Both the position numbers and the translations under genes were made by a program. The notes beneath the pieces are model-generated. The model was not told the DNA's origin. It did no database searches and worked only from the letters and a program-made list of their open reading frames with translations. From Candidatus Chisholmbacteria bacterium (GTDB taxonomy: Bacteria > Patescibacteriota > Microgenomatia > UBA1400 > Chisholmbacteraceae), in the NCBI GenBank assembly GCA_963704905.1, contig CAVPHZ010000001.1, forward strand, positions 707,438 through 771,437: a stretch of 64,000 bases of DNA. The letters are read 5' to 3'. Of this stretch, positions 28,711-41,700 are shown in pieces (position 1 is the first letter of the stretch; every line of letters begins with the position of its first letter).

Positions 28711-30822
28711 TTATTGTCCTCGTTGAGCTGGGACTCCGGGAGGTGTCGCTTCCTGTTGACCGGCTGGAATATTTGGTGCATTGTCCTGCGGCAGTTCAAT
28801 CGGAGGCTGAATAATTGGCGTTGGTAATGGCTGGGGAGATTGCAGCTCTCCGCCACCGGCTTGCCGTTGAGCTTCTAATTGCTGCTGCTGCAACTCAGTC
28901 AGCTGACTCCTGAGATCCTGCAGCTCTGCTTGGGCTCTGAGATAGTCGTCTGAATCAGTGTCAACTAGGCCCAGTGTGGCTTCCATCTCCCTCACAGCAC
29001 CAACGATATTGTTCTGCTGTTTATACGCAGACGCCAGATTGTAGTGCGCATTGGCATGATCGGGCTTCAATGCCACTGCTTGAGCAAATTGAGTTTGAGC
29101 TCTTGGGAAATCTCCAAGGATCAGGAACACACCGCCGAGCTGAATCCGCAAGTTTGGATTGGTTGGATCTAGCTGTATCGCTTGAACATAGGTGGCAATA
29201 GTCCATTGCTCAGCGTTTTGCGCGATCCCAATTAATTGCCTGTAGGTCTGGGCAAGATTTTCCCAGTTACTGACATTGGTGGGATTGAGTGCAGCTGCGT
29301 TTTTGGACTCACGAATTGCCTGCTGAATCAGTTGGGCAATATCGCTGCGATCTTTCTCAGTGAGCTCACCTTCTTTTCCTGCTATCGCATTGGCGAGTGC
29401 CAGGTTTACCTGAGAATAGGTGCGGTGATAGCGCTCAATTCTCGGGTTGAGATTGATGGCGCGGATAAGATCGTTGTAGGCGGTTCCGCCTTGATTGTCC
29501 CGTACTGAGATCAATGCATTTCTAAAAACGACCTCGGCTGCGTACGCCCTGCCTCCAAACCACAACGTGGCTATTACCAGCGCTGCAGAGGGTAGGAAAA
29601 AGACCCAAGGTAGAACTTGTCCACTAACCTGGCTATCAGTCGCGTCTGGAGCGATGGTACGCATCGCTGCCAGCGACAAGACTGCGTCGCTGATTTTGTG
29701 ATGACCTGCGAGTTTGAGATACACCACAAACAGCGCTAGCAGCACAAAGAACAGGAAAAAGAGCACAATGCTTGGCGGAACCAAGAGCATCAAGGCCAGA
29801 ATAACCATGAGCGATACTGAAATCGGTGCCGTCGCTGAACCGCGTTTTTCTGAACTGAGCAGCTGGGCTCCAGCATATTTGATTAATTGGATGACAAGCA
29901 AGACAAACGCTCCAGCTCCTAGTAGACCGGTGGTTGTCAGCAGATGAAGATAGGTGTTTGATGACTGTCCGAAACGGACGGCCCACAAATTTTCATTTGC
30001 ATTCAGACTCGCTGGGCGGAATCGGGTGAAGGCTTCGTTGTAACCCTCTGGTCCGGTACCAAGAAAGGGTGAATCTTTAAATACCTCAAGTGCAACATCC
30101 CACCCGGCTTTTTGGGGAAGGAAGCTTGGTGAGGTATCTTTTCCTGGGAGAAGCTGAATGCCACTGACCACGATGCCGATAAGCAACACCACGGCAATCA
30201 CGAGTGAGGGAACCTGTTTTTTCTTCAGCCCTCTCATGAGTGAAAGCGGGAAAAGCGGGAGAAGGAAGAGTAACAAATTCATTGGTGCTCCCATTGGACT
30301 CCACCAATCGTTCTTCATGAACTCGACTGGGTAGATCACATTTCCAAGACCAGTAAAGCTGATGAGTGCAAACACCACAACCAGCAGCCCTGCAATTTCA
30401 AGTGCAAAGAATATGCGGTTGAGAATTTTTTCACTTTTTACCGTTGAACTCATGGCAAAAAAGATAACCGTAAGGGCAACGATCAAGCTGGTTTGGCCAT
30501 ACATGGCGTCGGTTTTGCTGGGATCGGCTACAAAGGTTGCTATTAATGTAACGATCACAAAGCCTAGAATCGGCAAGGTGAATGGCGAGAGGGTAATCCG
30601 CACTTTTTTACGCAGGACGAATGAAAGCGTCCAGAGAAAGAGCATGACAGCGGCCGCCAACACGATCAAGACAAACTTGTTGAACAGGTAGAATTCTGTG
30701 GTGATTGGTAAAAAGAACAAGGGAACTGCAAATACCAAGGCGGTAGCTACAGACGTAATAATTGATTGGAGAAGTCCGGCTTTTGCCGTCGACTCACCAG
30801 ATTTGCCTCGAAAGTCAAACAT
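28711..30822 (-). CDS. O-antigen-ligase-like multi-pass membrane protein with C-terminal TPRs
   Basis: PFLGTGP, F..SSNTYLHLLTTTGLLG, then TPR repeats (ALNPTN, QLDPTNP, LKPDHANAHYNLA). SD AGGAGG before ATG 30822. Confidence 0.85.
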   Translation of the reverse strand: MFDFRGKSGESTAKAGLLQSIITSVATALVFAVPLFFLPITTEFYLFNKFVLIVLAAAVMLFLWTLSFVLRKKVRITLSPFTLPILGFVIVTLIATFVADPSKTDAMYGQTSLIVALTVIFFAMSSTVKSEKILNRIFFALEIAGLLVVVFALISFTGLGNVIYPVEFMKNDWWSPMGAPMNLLLFLLPLFPLSLMRGLKKKQVPSLVIAVVLLIGIVVSGIQLLPGKDTSPSFLPQKAGWDVALEVFKDSPFLGTGPEGYNEAFTRFRPASLNANENLWAVRFGQSSNTYLHLLTTTGLLGAGAFVLLVIQLIKYAGAQLLSSEKRGSATAPISVSLMVILALMLLVPPSIVLFFLFFVLLALFVVYLKLAGHHKISDAVLSLAAMRTIAPDATDSQVSGQVLPWVFFLPSAALVIATLWFGGRAYAAEVVFRNALISVRDNQGGTAYNDLIRAINLNPRIERYHRTYSQVNLALANAIAGKEGELTEKDRSDIAQLIQQAIRESKNAAALNPTNVSNWENLAQTYRQLIGIAQNAEQWTIATYVQAIQLDPTNPNLRIQLGGVFLILGDFPRAQTQFAQAVALKPDHANAHYNLASAYKQQNNIVGAVREMEATLGLVDTDSDDYLRAQAELQDLRSQLTELQQQQLEAQRQAGGGELQSPQPLPTPIIQPPIELPQDNAPNIPAGQQEATPPGVPAQRGQ

Positions 30823-31044
30823 ATGCCCTCCTGTCCGAGGATCTCCGGGCGGGGAGATCTCCGTGCTGATTGTCTTAATAGCGATATATTGACGATAGAC
30901 AAATGAATCACGCATGTCAAGGGTGCATTTATATTTCTCTGGTACACGGGAATAAAACGAAGGAGATACGAAGGAAGTATGCTTATACTATATATAGTGT
31001 ATCTTTCTATAGATAAGTGATATGGAGGAATGTGAGAGGTGAGA

Positions 31045-31825
31045 TGACAGGGTCCGGTCTTTTCAGTCTATAGCGAGGTCACCGACGAATTCTTTATCGT
31101 CTTGATGGGATGACTCAACGAAAGCTTTATACGAACTTACTCGTTCAAGGGAAGGGTGTTTATCGGATTTCTTGAAGTAAGAGAGGATAAATCTTGGTTT
31201 AACCCAGGTGGCTGTTTTTTCCCCTAGATAATACTGATAACTTGAGTAAGGATAAGTGACAAGGTCCGGTCCTGTCAGCTTGACAGGATTCAGGTGAATG
31301 TAACGGGAGAGGTGGAGGAGGTAGTTGTCTTCTGTTACCAGAGCGGCTTTGTATCTTCCTTGAAAGAGATAGCCAACGCGTTTATATCTTTTGTTGAAAT
31401 ACATTGAGTAAGTTGAGGCAAGGCTGCGGATTAGCTTAGGCATGCCGTTTTTTGTGATTTGTTTGATGAGTAGATGGAAGTGATTAGGCATGAGGCAATA
31501 TGCAAGGAGATCGACTTCTTTGTGAAGGTTCGCTAAAGGCCTTGGTCGGATGAGCGTTTGGTCTGTGGATTCTTCGATGGGGTGTTTGGCGTTTTGACTT
31601 GTTGGAGAAAGATAATATTTCAGGAGGTGGAGAAAGACTCGATAATCTTGGTCATCTTCGAAGATTTTGCGCTTTTCAACGCCACGGTTGTACACGTGAT
31701 AGTGTCCATCTTCAATGTAGACTTTGCGGCTGTGTTTGTGTGGCATGATAGAGTGACAGGGTTCGGTCCTGTCACCTGTCAATCGTAACAGGTGGTAGTG
31801 TTGCTGACAAGACCCGGTCCTGTCA
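31045..31825. repeat. REP-like family 1: four copies of a 21-bp imperfect palindrome, consensus TGACA(G/A)GGTCCGGTCCTGTCA
   Basis: Copies at 31045-31065, 31257-31277 (inside the gene), 31754-31774 and 31805-31825. Confidence 0.85.
31063..31746 (-). CDS. REP-associated tyrosine transposase (RAYT-like, Y1/HUH), copy 1
   Basis: YHVYNRGVEKRKIF, AYCLMPNHFHLL (HUH), LFQGRYK, YIHLNP, YSSY. Start reassigned to MPHKHS. Confidence 0.9.
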   Translation of the reverse strand: MPHKHSRKVYIEDGHYHVYNRGVEKRKIFEDDQDYRVFLHLLKYYLSPTSQNAKHPIEESTDQTLIRPRPLANLHKEVDLLAYCLMPNHFHLLIKQITKNGMPKLIRSLASTYSMYFNKRYKRVGYLFQGRYKAALVTEDNYLLHLSRYIHLNPVKLTGPDLVTYPYSSYQYYLGEKTATWVKPRFILSYFKKSDKHPSLERVSSYKAFVESSHQDDKEFVGDLAID

Positions 31826-32029
31826 GCGCGAGCGGAGCGAGTGCGGGATTGTGCAGGAAGATGAGAATTCTGGAGAAAAGAGGCGGCGAAGCCGCCTCGA
31901 ACATTTGAGTTAGTTTCCGAAGATAATGGTGCTGGCATTCAATTAGGTAAGGGTTGCTAAGGGAAGTTAAATTAAGGGCAGATAGGGGTTGGTAAGGGTA
32001 CCTTTAAGGGTTCAACCTTTAAAGGGAGG

Positions 32030-35000
32030 TTAGTTGCCGAAGCGGACGGCACCGGCGTTGTACTCGTTACGGATTTGTTGGGGTGTCAGCGTATAGCGCC
32101 AGATTTTGACGTCGTCGATGAGGCCGTCAAAGGGTTCACCTCCATCGGATTCTGAGCCAATGTGAACATCCAAGGCGTTGGGGACATTTGCTGGAGTCAT
32201 ATAACAACCGCCGGGTGAATCATTTTCAAGTGATCCGTCTACATATATTGCTGCAGTGGAGGGGTTTCCCGAGTTGATATACGTGGCTGCAATATGATGC
32301 CAACCAGGCGAATCAATGAGGCTTGTGCCAAAGATCGTGCAAGCATTACTGCCATCTGTTACATAGAATCGAGCATTATCTCCTGAGCCAGATATTGTTA
32401 AGACGTAACCAGCGTCAGTGTTTGTTGCATAGTTGTTGTCTTTTGCAAGAATCACGTCATTGGTGCTTGCAGAATTTCGATAAACCCAGGCTGAGACGCT
32501 GAACTCGTCGTGAATATCGAGGAGATCGTCTTCGCCAATATTTACATAATCATCGTTTCCATCAAAGCCGAGGGAGGCGTTTCGTTTTCCTGTCGTACCG
32601 TCGTTCCACATTTCGTAGTTGTTGCCACTTGAGCATGAGCCGGTTGCGGTGTTTTGGGGTGGAGTACCGGTACCGGGGGTGATGGTTCCGGTGTTGCTGT
32701 TGCCGCTTGAATCATAGGCGTTGGTGCCGGAGCACTCATCAAATTTCCACCAGCCAACCGGTCCGCCGCGGTTGTATTCCCAGGCGATTTGAGCTTGGGT
32801 GCGGGCGGTGTTATAAACCCTAACTTGGTCGATCAATCCATTGAACTCTCCCGCGGGTGTTGAGTCGCCTGTACGTCCGATATTCCAGGTGTCTACACCT
32901 GCAGCATACGTTACGTTATTTGTATCAGCATTTTCTTGAACCCCGTCAACAAACAGCTTCCTATCAGTAGCAGAAGCAAAGACACCGGTTATGTAGTGCC
33001 ACGATCCATCGTTAATTGTTGTCGTACTTGCAACTGATTGTGATGTAGTGTTTTGGGCAATAATTGTAATGTTCCCAGTCAGATTTGTCTCAAGACTATA
33101 AATCACGTTTGACTGGGAGACGTCGGTCAAGGAAATGACTGTGTCCCGAACAGTTGTCGTTGTGTTTATCCAGGCAGAGAGGGTAAAGGGGTAGGCGCTG
33201 ACGAGCTGATCACTGGCTCCGATGTAATCACTACTCCCACCAAACTGTAGACAAGCTCCAAATTTACACGCACCAGCATGTCTCCAGGTAGGTGATCCAC
33301 CAAAGGTGCCTGTGTATCCGTTCCCTGATGTGTCGTATGCATTGGTTCCGGTTTTTTCGTCCAATTTCCACTCGGCAACAGGCGGAGTGCAGGCGGAACC
33401 TTGACCTGGGGGGCAGTATTCGTTTGTTGATGACCAGGATGCGTTGCCTGAGGAATCGGTGCTAGTGGCGCCGAAGACTTGCGAGAAGCCTTGGTTGTAC
33501 TCGGTCTTTATCTGATCGGCCGTGAGGGCGAAGTTGTAGATTTTGACTTCATCGATTTGGCCATCGAAATAATGATTTGGATTATCTGATTGCCAGGCAC
33601 TGCCGGAACCAATTTTGAGGCTGTTTGAAGTCGTAGGTATGCTGCCATCAAAGCTCGTAGAGCCTTTATTATTGCCGTCAATATATAGAGTAATGGTTGA
33701 GCTATCAACACTGGCGACCACATGATGCCAGGCACCCGACCAGTCATTAGTGTCTTTGACGGATGGACTAGCTTGTTCCATCGTAAAGAGAAATCCCAAT
33801 TTCTCCCGGGTTTACGTCATTATGAAAGAAAATGTAATTCCTTCGATCCGCTGCTCCAGAGTCAGGCCTCATTTTTGTCAGTGATTCTGAATATGTGGTT
33901 GTATCTTCAATATTAATCCAGTAAGAAACACTAAAATTATTTGAAAAATTCAATGACGGGTCGTCGGCTACTCTAACATAGTCATCGGTTGTGCCAGAGG
34001 TTTCAAAGTCTAAAGCTTTCCCGAATTTACCTGAATTGGTCCAGGTTGGGCAAGCGGAGTCGCCGGATTGGGGGCAGGAGGTTGCTCCGCCAAGGTTGCC
34101 ATTGTTTCCCTGTGGACTAGAATCATTGGCCGCGTCGCCGTATCCTTCGTCGAATTTGAGGTTCAGTATTGGGGAGCCGACGGGGGAGCCGGGGGCGGGA
34201 TGCCCGGCGTTCATGTCGGAAATTATTTGTTCCTGAGTGCGGGCGTAGTTGTAGATGCGGGCTTCGTCAATTCTTCCATTAGTGTATTCTAATGCTCCGG
34301 TTGAACCTCTTCTGCCGACTTCAAAATCTGCACTTGAATCATAAACTCCTCCTGAGTGGTTAGTTGTATCAGCGGACCCTCCGTTTATACTAATTCCAAT
34401 GTCGGTGTTATCTTCGTCATACCAAGCAGCCACGAAATACCAATTGTTAGCGGACGGGGATCCCAGAGTATCAGCATCAAGTGTGGTAAGACCACCTGCA
34501 CCACCATCACTGCTAACGAGAAATCTGAACCTATCTGTACTAGTACCTGTGTAGCTTAGGTTTGCAGACCAATTTCCCGTATCGCCCATCTGAGACATAA
34601 ATGCTTGAGCGTCGGACGCTTTTGCGTCCATATACACCCAAGCGGTATACGTAAAGCTTCCACCTGAGTGAGTATTGTCAAGTTGAGTACTAGAGGAGGA
34701 CAGGTATTCTGAATTTGCTGAAGTGAATTGTCCTGCACTTCCAAATTTTCCAATTGCTTGAGTAACAGTAGCATTGTCAGTAAGGTTGTTTTCGTTTCCT
34801 GATGAGTCATACCTTGCTCCAGATGATTCCTCCATTTTGTAGTACGCCACTGGCGCCGGCGCCGAGGTGTAGAGGGATTGGATTTCGGCGGGGGAAAGGG
34901 CGCGGTTGTAGATGCGGGCTTCGTCGACAGCTCCATTAAAGTAGTTACCGGACACTCCTCCCACGGCGAAAGCGCCGCTGCCGTCATTTCCACCACTTGC

Positions 35001-38000
35001 CGCCGTTGTGTCGATGGCAGATCCGTTGCACGTCCGGATGCCAATGGCGGCTTTTGATGCGTCGTGGTAGGCGACGACGAAGTACCAAGTGGAGGTTGAG
35101 AGATTACCGAAGCTGTCGGCATAGACGTTGGAAGAACTACCGGCGGCGTCGGTGTACCATTCGAACTGAAATCGGTAGTTTCCACCACCGATGTTGTTGG
35201 CCACTGAGGTAGTTTGCGTAGTCGGCCGTTCCGGCTTCCATTTGTACTCATCGGAAAACCCGAATTCAGAGTTGCGAGATTTACCCAGGCTGTAACTGTA
35301 TAGTCTCTATCTCCTGCGCTGAGGGTAGCGTTATCCGTTCTTGTAAGTCTTTCGGAGTTGGCGGAGGCGAAGTTGGATGCATTTCCAAACTTTCCTGAGC
35401 CCGAAGGCGTGGTGTTGTTGTCGGTTAGCGTAAAGGCGTTTCCTGATGAATCTGCTCTTGATACAGCTCCTGAGCCGTCTGATGTTTCATCCATTTTCCA
35501 ATATCCAGCCAGTCCTTCGGAGAGGGGATCGGCGGTGAGGGTGGCCGTAGGATTGGGAGGTTTGGGAACCCAAGACATCGCCTCTGACCTGGTCTGCGGT
35601 TCTGGCATAGGGATAGATGACGATTTCGTCGAGGTTGCCATCCCAAGGGTTGGAACTCCCATCTGTATCAATACCAATAAAGAGATCGGTGTTGTCGTTT
35701 AAGGAATTATCTGCACCTGTTGAAGAGTTCTGGGTGATTAGCGCTCCATCGATGTAAATGCTAATTGAGGTTGTGCCGTCTTTGACGGCTTCGAAGTGGT
35801 GCCATTGACTGTCGGCATAGCTTCCCTGGGCGGCAGTTGTGCAGGCCGTATCCTCAGGGAAGGAGGTTGCGTCGTCGTCAATCCCAAGGCAGATATAACC
35901 GGAGCTATCCATGTAGATTTTGTAGCCCGCATCGTCATACCTCGCCAGGATGGTATTTGTTCCATCGATAGTGGAGGAGTGGCGGAACCAACCGCTAATG
36001 CTAAAGCTACCGCGTTCCAAAATTAAAGTCCGTGTCTGCATTCCGAGTCAAATAGTCATCTGTTCCATCAAAGGAGAGGTTTCTCTCCAATTGTGCTTGT
36101 CCGCCTATGCCGGTGGTGTTCCAGGTGGCGCCAGAAATTGTCAGGTGATTGCCGTATGGTGATGAATCGGAAGCGGTGGTGCCATAGCCTTCGTCAAAGT
36201 GCCAGACGGCAACCGGGTTTTGGCCTTTGTCGTCTGAGAAGGCATCCACTTCTATGCCTTCGGAGTGGGAAACGAGGCCGGATTGGTAGAGATCAGTGAC
36301 CTCGGCTGCACTTAGGTCGTCCTCGAAAATTCGGATATCCGAGTACTGCCAGATCGTCCCCCCGCTCGAGCTGGGGAGAAGGATTGTTGATGTGTTTCCG
36401 GGGTCGGTGGTATTCGCGTTTGTTCCTGGGGTTCCGGCATTCAGATATAAACTTATTCCTGTGGTTGAGTTCCACGTTGCTGCAAGATGGTACCAAGTGT
36501 TGGCGGCGATGTTCACTTGTTTATAGGCAATGTTATTTGAATAGCCAACCACTTTATTAAGGCGGAATTCTGCTGTTGGATAGGCGTTATATTCGAGCCT
36601 GAATCCGTCCCCGCTTGTTTCGTAGTTAAGAATGCCTTGTATTGTTGACGCGATCTGGCTTTGTGAGAGGTTTGATTTTACCCATAGACTCATACTTCCT
36701 TCGTCAGTTGTGAAGTTGCTCGTGCCCCCTGCATACTGAACGTTAGCTGCGGTGCGAGTACTTGTACTTTCGTGTGCTGTCCCGCTCCAGGAGTAGCCAG
36801 TGCCCAGGGTCCCGTCAGCATAGGTGGTGGGGTAGGATTTTTGCTCGAGCTGGATACCGTCGATGTAGAGGGTGCCTGAGTCTTCGACAAGAGTAACGCC
36901 ATAATTTTGAGCGCTTGCTGTTCCTGCGGCGGTGTAGCTTAGGCGCCACCAACCACCTCCCACGTCCGTGTAGGTTGTTCCTGCTTGCGCTGAACCTTGC
37001 CAATAAAGCTGGGCGATTGTGTTGTTAACCGTTCCTCCCTTGATTCTCCGAACATAAGCAGAGAGGGTATGAGTATTGGTGTTGCCTGCATCTGATTGAG
37101 GTGTAGACATTTTGATTGGTTGAATCTGATAGGACGAGTTTGTAAGAGGAACCGCCGAATTTCATATATGGGTTATTTGTCTCTTCGGAGGCTGAACCAC
37201 CAGATGCGGTCCAGCCGGTGCTGTAGGTCGCATGTTCAAAGGAGGGATTAGTGACCTTGTTGGTGGTGCTTTCCTCAATGAAGACACCTTCATGGCCGGC
37301 GTAGGTATTCCCACCCTCAACCTTTCCATTGCCGGTTGTGCTTGTATCAGCACCTACTAATCCGGCGACGTACCTCGGGGTTCCATTGATTGTTCCATGA
37401 TACCCGTTTCCTGAGTCGTCGATGGTTTTGCCGGTGTTTCTGGGGTCGTCGCCGTTTTCGTCGAAGTGGTAGAGAAGTAGGGTGTAATCATCGCGGACAA
37501 ACGGTTCTATTGAGGGTGTGAAGCTAGATGAGTAGCGTTTAGTGTTGGAGATTCTAACCTCGTCTATCATGCCTGGGAATTGTTGAAGGATCTCACTATC
37601 TCTCCCAATCCAGAACGTATTGGCGGAGTCACTCTTGGTAGCCTCCTGTACATGCGTTAGTAGTGCTATATGCGGGTTCGGAGCCATTAATAAATATCTG
37701 CGGTGTGCCGGAACTTGCATCCCAAGACACCGCTATGTGTGTCCATTCGTCGTAGTTTACCGCACTACTTATTCCATAGTTCCCGTCCTGAGTGGTGCAA
37801 TCGGTCAAAAAGTTTAGGTGTCCATTAGTTTCTCCTAATTCAACTCTCCAGCCGTTAGGGGTACCGCGTTTTGAGATCGGTGTGTCTACAACGTTTTGAC
37901 TATCGTCATGCCAATACATCCAGAATTCCAGCGTAAAGTCGTTGTTGGGAAGATTATCTAATCCACTGTCGGTATTTGTAACCGATTGGTACGTGCCTGT

Positions 38001-38699
38001 TGCGTCGAGCCCTGCGAACTCCATGGCGGATTTGGCACCGCCATAGCGGATGGCGCCGGATTCTGCGGTGGGGTCTTCAGCGCCGTCGCCGTTGATGCAC
38101 TCAGTGGTGCCGTCGAAGGGGCAAACGAGGAGGGCGTTGGTGCTTCCCACGTCGAAAGTGTCTACGGTGCCAGTTGGTGCAGAGGCTTGAGGATTACTGT
38201 AATACAGATAGTAGTCGGTATCTGATGAGCCTGCGTTGAGGGCGGCTTGCAGAGGGAAGTGGACTTTGGCAGCACCTGATGCTCCACAAGTTGCGTTTCC
38301 TGGAACGGAGATGTAGCGGTCAAGATCGGTGACTGAACCTCCATTTTGATAGAGGATTCTGATGTCATCACAGTCATCTTGGAGTTTTCCCTGGGTTGTC
38401 AGGTCTTTGGCGTTGACTGAGATTGCGACAGTTGTCCCGCTAGCGAGGTTTTCTGCGCTGTTATTGGTAATGGTCAGCTGTTTTCTTTTGGTCCAACCTT
38501 GATGAGCAGCGCTCCAGGAGGCTTCTGCAATATCAGACTGATATAAACTATATATTAGTATTGGTAAAAGTACCAAAATTAGTCCAGCTGAGATGGGGAG
38601 TAGGCGACGGCGGTTGTTTCGCACTTTCAGTATGAGACCTTTAAAGGTTGAACCCTGCAAGGGGGCATAGTTTAGTAGTTTTCGGTTCATAGATACCAT
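32030..38699 (-). CDS. DUF2341/LamG multi-domain surface protein C (about 2200 aa), split by about 6 frameshifts
   Basis: N-terminal signal anchor, GKLQDDCDDIR, and many LamG-like jellyroll units (WKFDE...FDG.DDY...IDEVKIYN). Fragments 37629-38699 through 32030-33799 join collinearly. Confidence 0.8.
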
Positions 38700-38719
38700 A
38701 GATTAGTTTCCAGTTTCCA

Positions 38720-41700
38720 TTAGTTTCCAAAATTCACTGCTCCTGAGTTGTATTCATTTCTGATTTGCTGGGGGGTGAGGGCGTAATTGAAGATTTTGAC
38801 GTCGTCGATTTGGCCTGCCGGATTGTATGCAGCAAGGTCGTTACAAGAGCGAGCTATCGTTGCGGCTTGAGGATGATTGTGCATTGCTGTGTATGATCCA
38901 ACTGTGCCTGTTGTCATACTCATCGCGACGCCGTTGCGGTAATGTTGAATACCTGAATTCGATCCAGACCCGTCATACGTTGTCAAAACATGCACCCAGG
39001 CGCTTTGGTCAGCGGTGAAGGTTTGTACTGAGTCTGCGCTAATTCGGTTTCCGTTTGAGTTGTCGTAAAGAACTAACCCTAAGGTGTCGGTGTTGCTTAA
39101 CCAAAGTTATATTCAAACTGATCAGAACTATCGTTGCATTTTAATATCACTTTAAAGCCGGTTGCATCGGACATATTTAACCAGGCACTGATACTGAAAG
39201 GCCTGTCGGAAACAGAGTCCCCAAAAGATAATTTGTCATTATCGGGAACCAGGACATAATCATCTGTACCGTCAAAAGCAAGGCTTGCGTTTCTTTTACC
39301 ACCGGCACCGTCGGCCCACATATCGCCCGCGGATCCTCCACAGGTACCGACCGCGTTTCCTGTTTGGGAGTAAATTGTACTAGCGGCGATATTTCCGGCA
39401 TTGTCATTGGCAGTTGATCCCGAGCACTCGTCGAACTTCCAGTGAGCGATGGGCCCGCCGCGGTTGTATTCCCAGGCTATTTGGGCTGGAGTGCGAGTGT
39501 AGTTATATAGACGCACTTGGTCTATCATGCCATCTACGGTACGAGTTCCAGCTTGAGAATTTCCGATATATTGAGTAGCAGAGGAATCACTATTTCTTGT
39601 TCCTGTAGAGTTAGAATCTGTTGTTAGTGTTTGAAGAACACCATTCACATATATTGACGGATCGTTGTTGGCATCAGTGTTATCATACGTGACTTCCAGA
39701 TGAACCCACTCATTTGCATTATATGCATTTTGGACCTTCCAGTTTGCTCCACCACCTGAGAAAGTATAATCAAATGAAATATCTATTCCTCCCGAATCAT
39801 TTTCTGTCGATAATCTCCATACATTTTTGTCAAGAATCGAGGCATCGTTATTTTCACCATCACTACTTATATCTACCCAGGCTGATACAGAGCCGCCACT
39901 GTCAAAAATGTCAGCTATTGAACTGTCGCTACCTGCAGTGACGTAGTCATCTTGACTGAGACCAGTGGCGCCGTCGAAGAAAAGTGCCCAATTGCGTTCA
40001 CCTCCAACGGGCGTCCATGCGGGACCGTTGGTGAGGGTGCCGGTGTTGTTGTTGGCGCTAGTATCAAATGTAGAAGTGCCTGAGCCTTCATTAAATAGCC
40101 ATTCGGCGACGGGGGGAGTGCAGGCGGAGCCTTGGCCGGGGGGACAGTATTCGTTAGTGGCCGACCAGGTGGCGGTAGCCCGATGAGTCGGTGGAGGTGG
40201 CGCCGAAGACGGCAGATTTGCCTTGGTTCATTTCTGCTTTGACTTGGTCGGCAGTGAGGGCGAAGTTGTAGATTTTGACTTCGTCGATTTTACCATCCCA
40301 GTATTCACCCCATGCTGTGTTATACCCAATATAGATGGGGAGTGAATGAGAACTGAGGTTAAGTGTGCCTGATGCGCTGACACTATCTTCAAGAATACCG
40401 TTTTTATAGAGCTTAATAATCGATCCGTTATAAGTGACAGCTAGATGAGTCCATATACCAGTTGAAATACTTACACTAGAATTCCAATCGCAAGTTTGTG
40501 GTCCGGAGAGGACAACACCAACAGTTCCTCCTTGAGTGTAGAAATAGATGTTTTTTCCTGTACACGCTCCAGCACCTGCTGTGAAAGCTGACATGATAGT
40601 GTCGTATCCACTAAGTGTAGATGGGTTTACCCATGCAGAAAGGGTGATTTCGTCCGAAGGATTAAGACTGTCATCATCAGCAATGCTTATGTAATCACCA
40701 CCATCATAATTTAGTGCTTTCCCATATTTTCCCTCGTTGGTCCAACTTGGGCAGGTTGCTGCTCCAGGGCAGGAGCCTTGAAGGTCACCGTTGTTTCCTT
40801 GGGGTGAGGAATCGTTGGCCGCGTCGCCGTAACCTTCATCAAAATTTAGGTGGAGAACCGGAGATCCGATGGGGGAGCCGGGGGCGGGGTGTCCGGCGTT
40901 CATGTCGGAAATGATTTGGGAAGGGTTGCGTTCGTAACTATACAGCTTCACTTCATCGAAAATCCCTGGAAAGTTATAGCCAGAGCCAGCGACCCAGTTA
41001 CCTAGCACTGGTGTATTTAGTGGATTCCCAGTATCCATTGTCGTCGCTGAGGTTGTTGAAGTGTCAACTAAAATTCCATTGACATATAATTTATGTATAT
41101 CCGTGACGCTGTTATACACTGCGGCTACGTGATACCACTCATGAGTTGAAAAGGTGTTTGGATCACAGACAATCACTGAACTTTGTCCTGCTGATCTGAA
41201 AAAAGCCCCAAACACACCAGCTCCGCATCCTGCATAATTGTTAATTACTCCTACTACATTTCTTCCGACACTAGACATATCTGAAGTATTTTCTGCGTAA
41301 AAATACCTACCCCGTCCGCTTGTTCCAGATGATGTAGGATAAACCCAGCCTTCGGTTGTGAAGGCAGCTAAACCTTTGACGCTTGATGCGGTACTTAGAG
41401 AGATTCTGTCAGTAGAACTTGTGAAGCTTGATGTTTCTATTCCGTTCCCGAATTTGCCGTTTCTCCAGAGAACTGTGGTTGTGTTACCCAGTGTTCCTGT
41501 GATGCCGTTTCCGCTTGAATCGTACGCCTTGTCATTTTGTCCTTCATCTAATTTCCAGTATCCGAACGGTCCTGGGGCCCAGTTGTAGAGAGCGGAAACT
41601 TCGGCGGGGGAAAGGGCTTTCTGGTAGTAGCGAACCTCGTCTACAATCCCAGGGTAAAACGAGCTTGTGGCGTCTCTACTTCCTACATTGAAATTGCTGG

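Noticed and set aside
31747-31938. 64-aa N-terminal extension of RAYT1 in the ORF track
   Set aside because: It runs through REP copies and GC hairpins; comparison with RAYT2 places the start at 31746.
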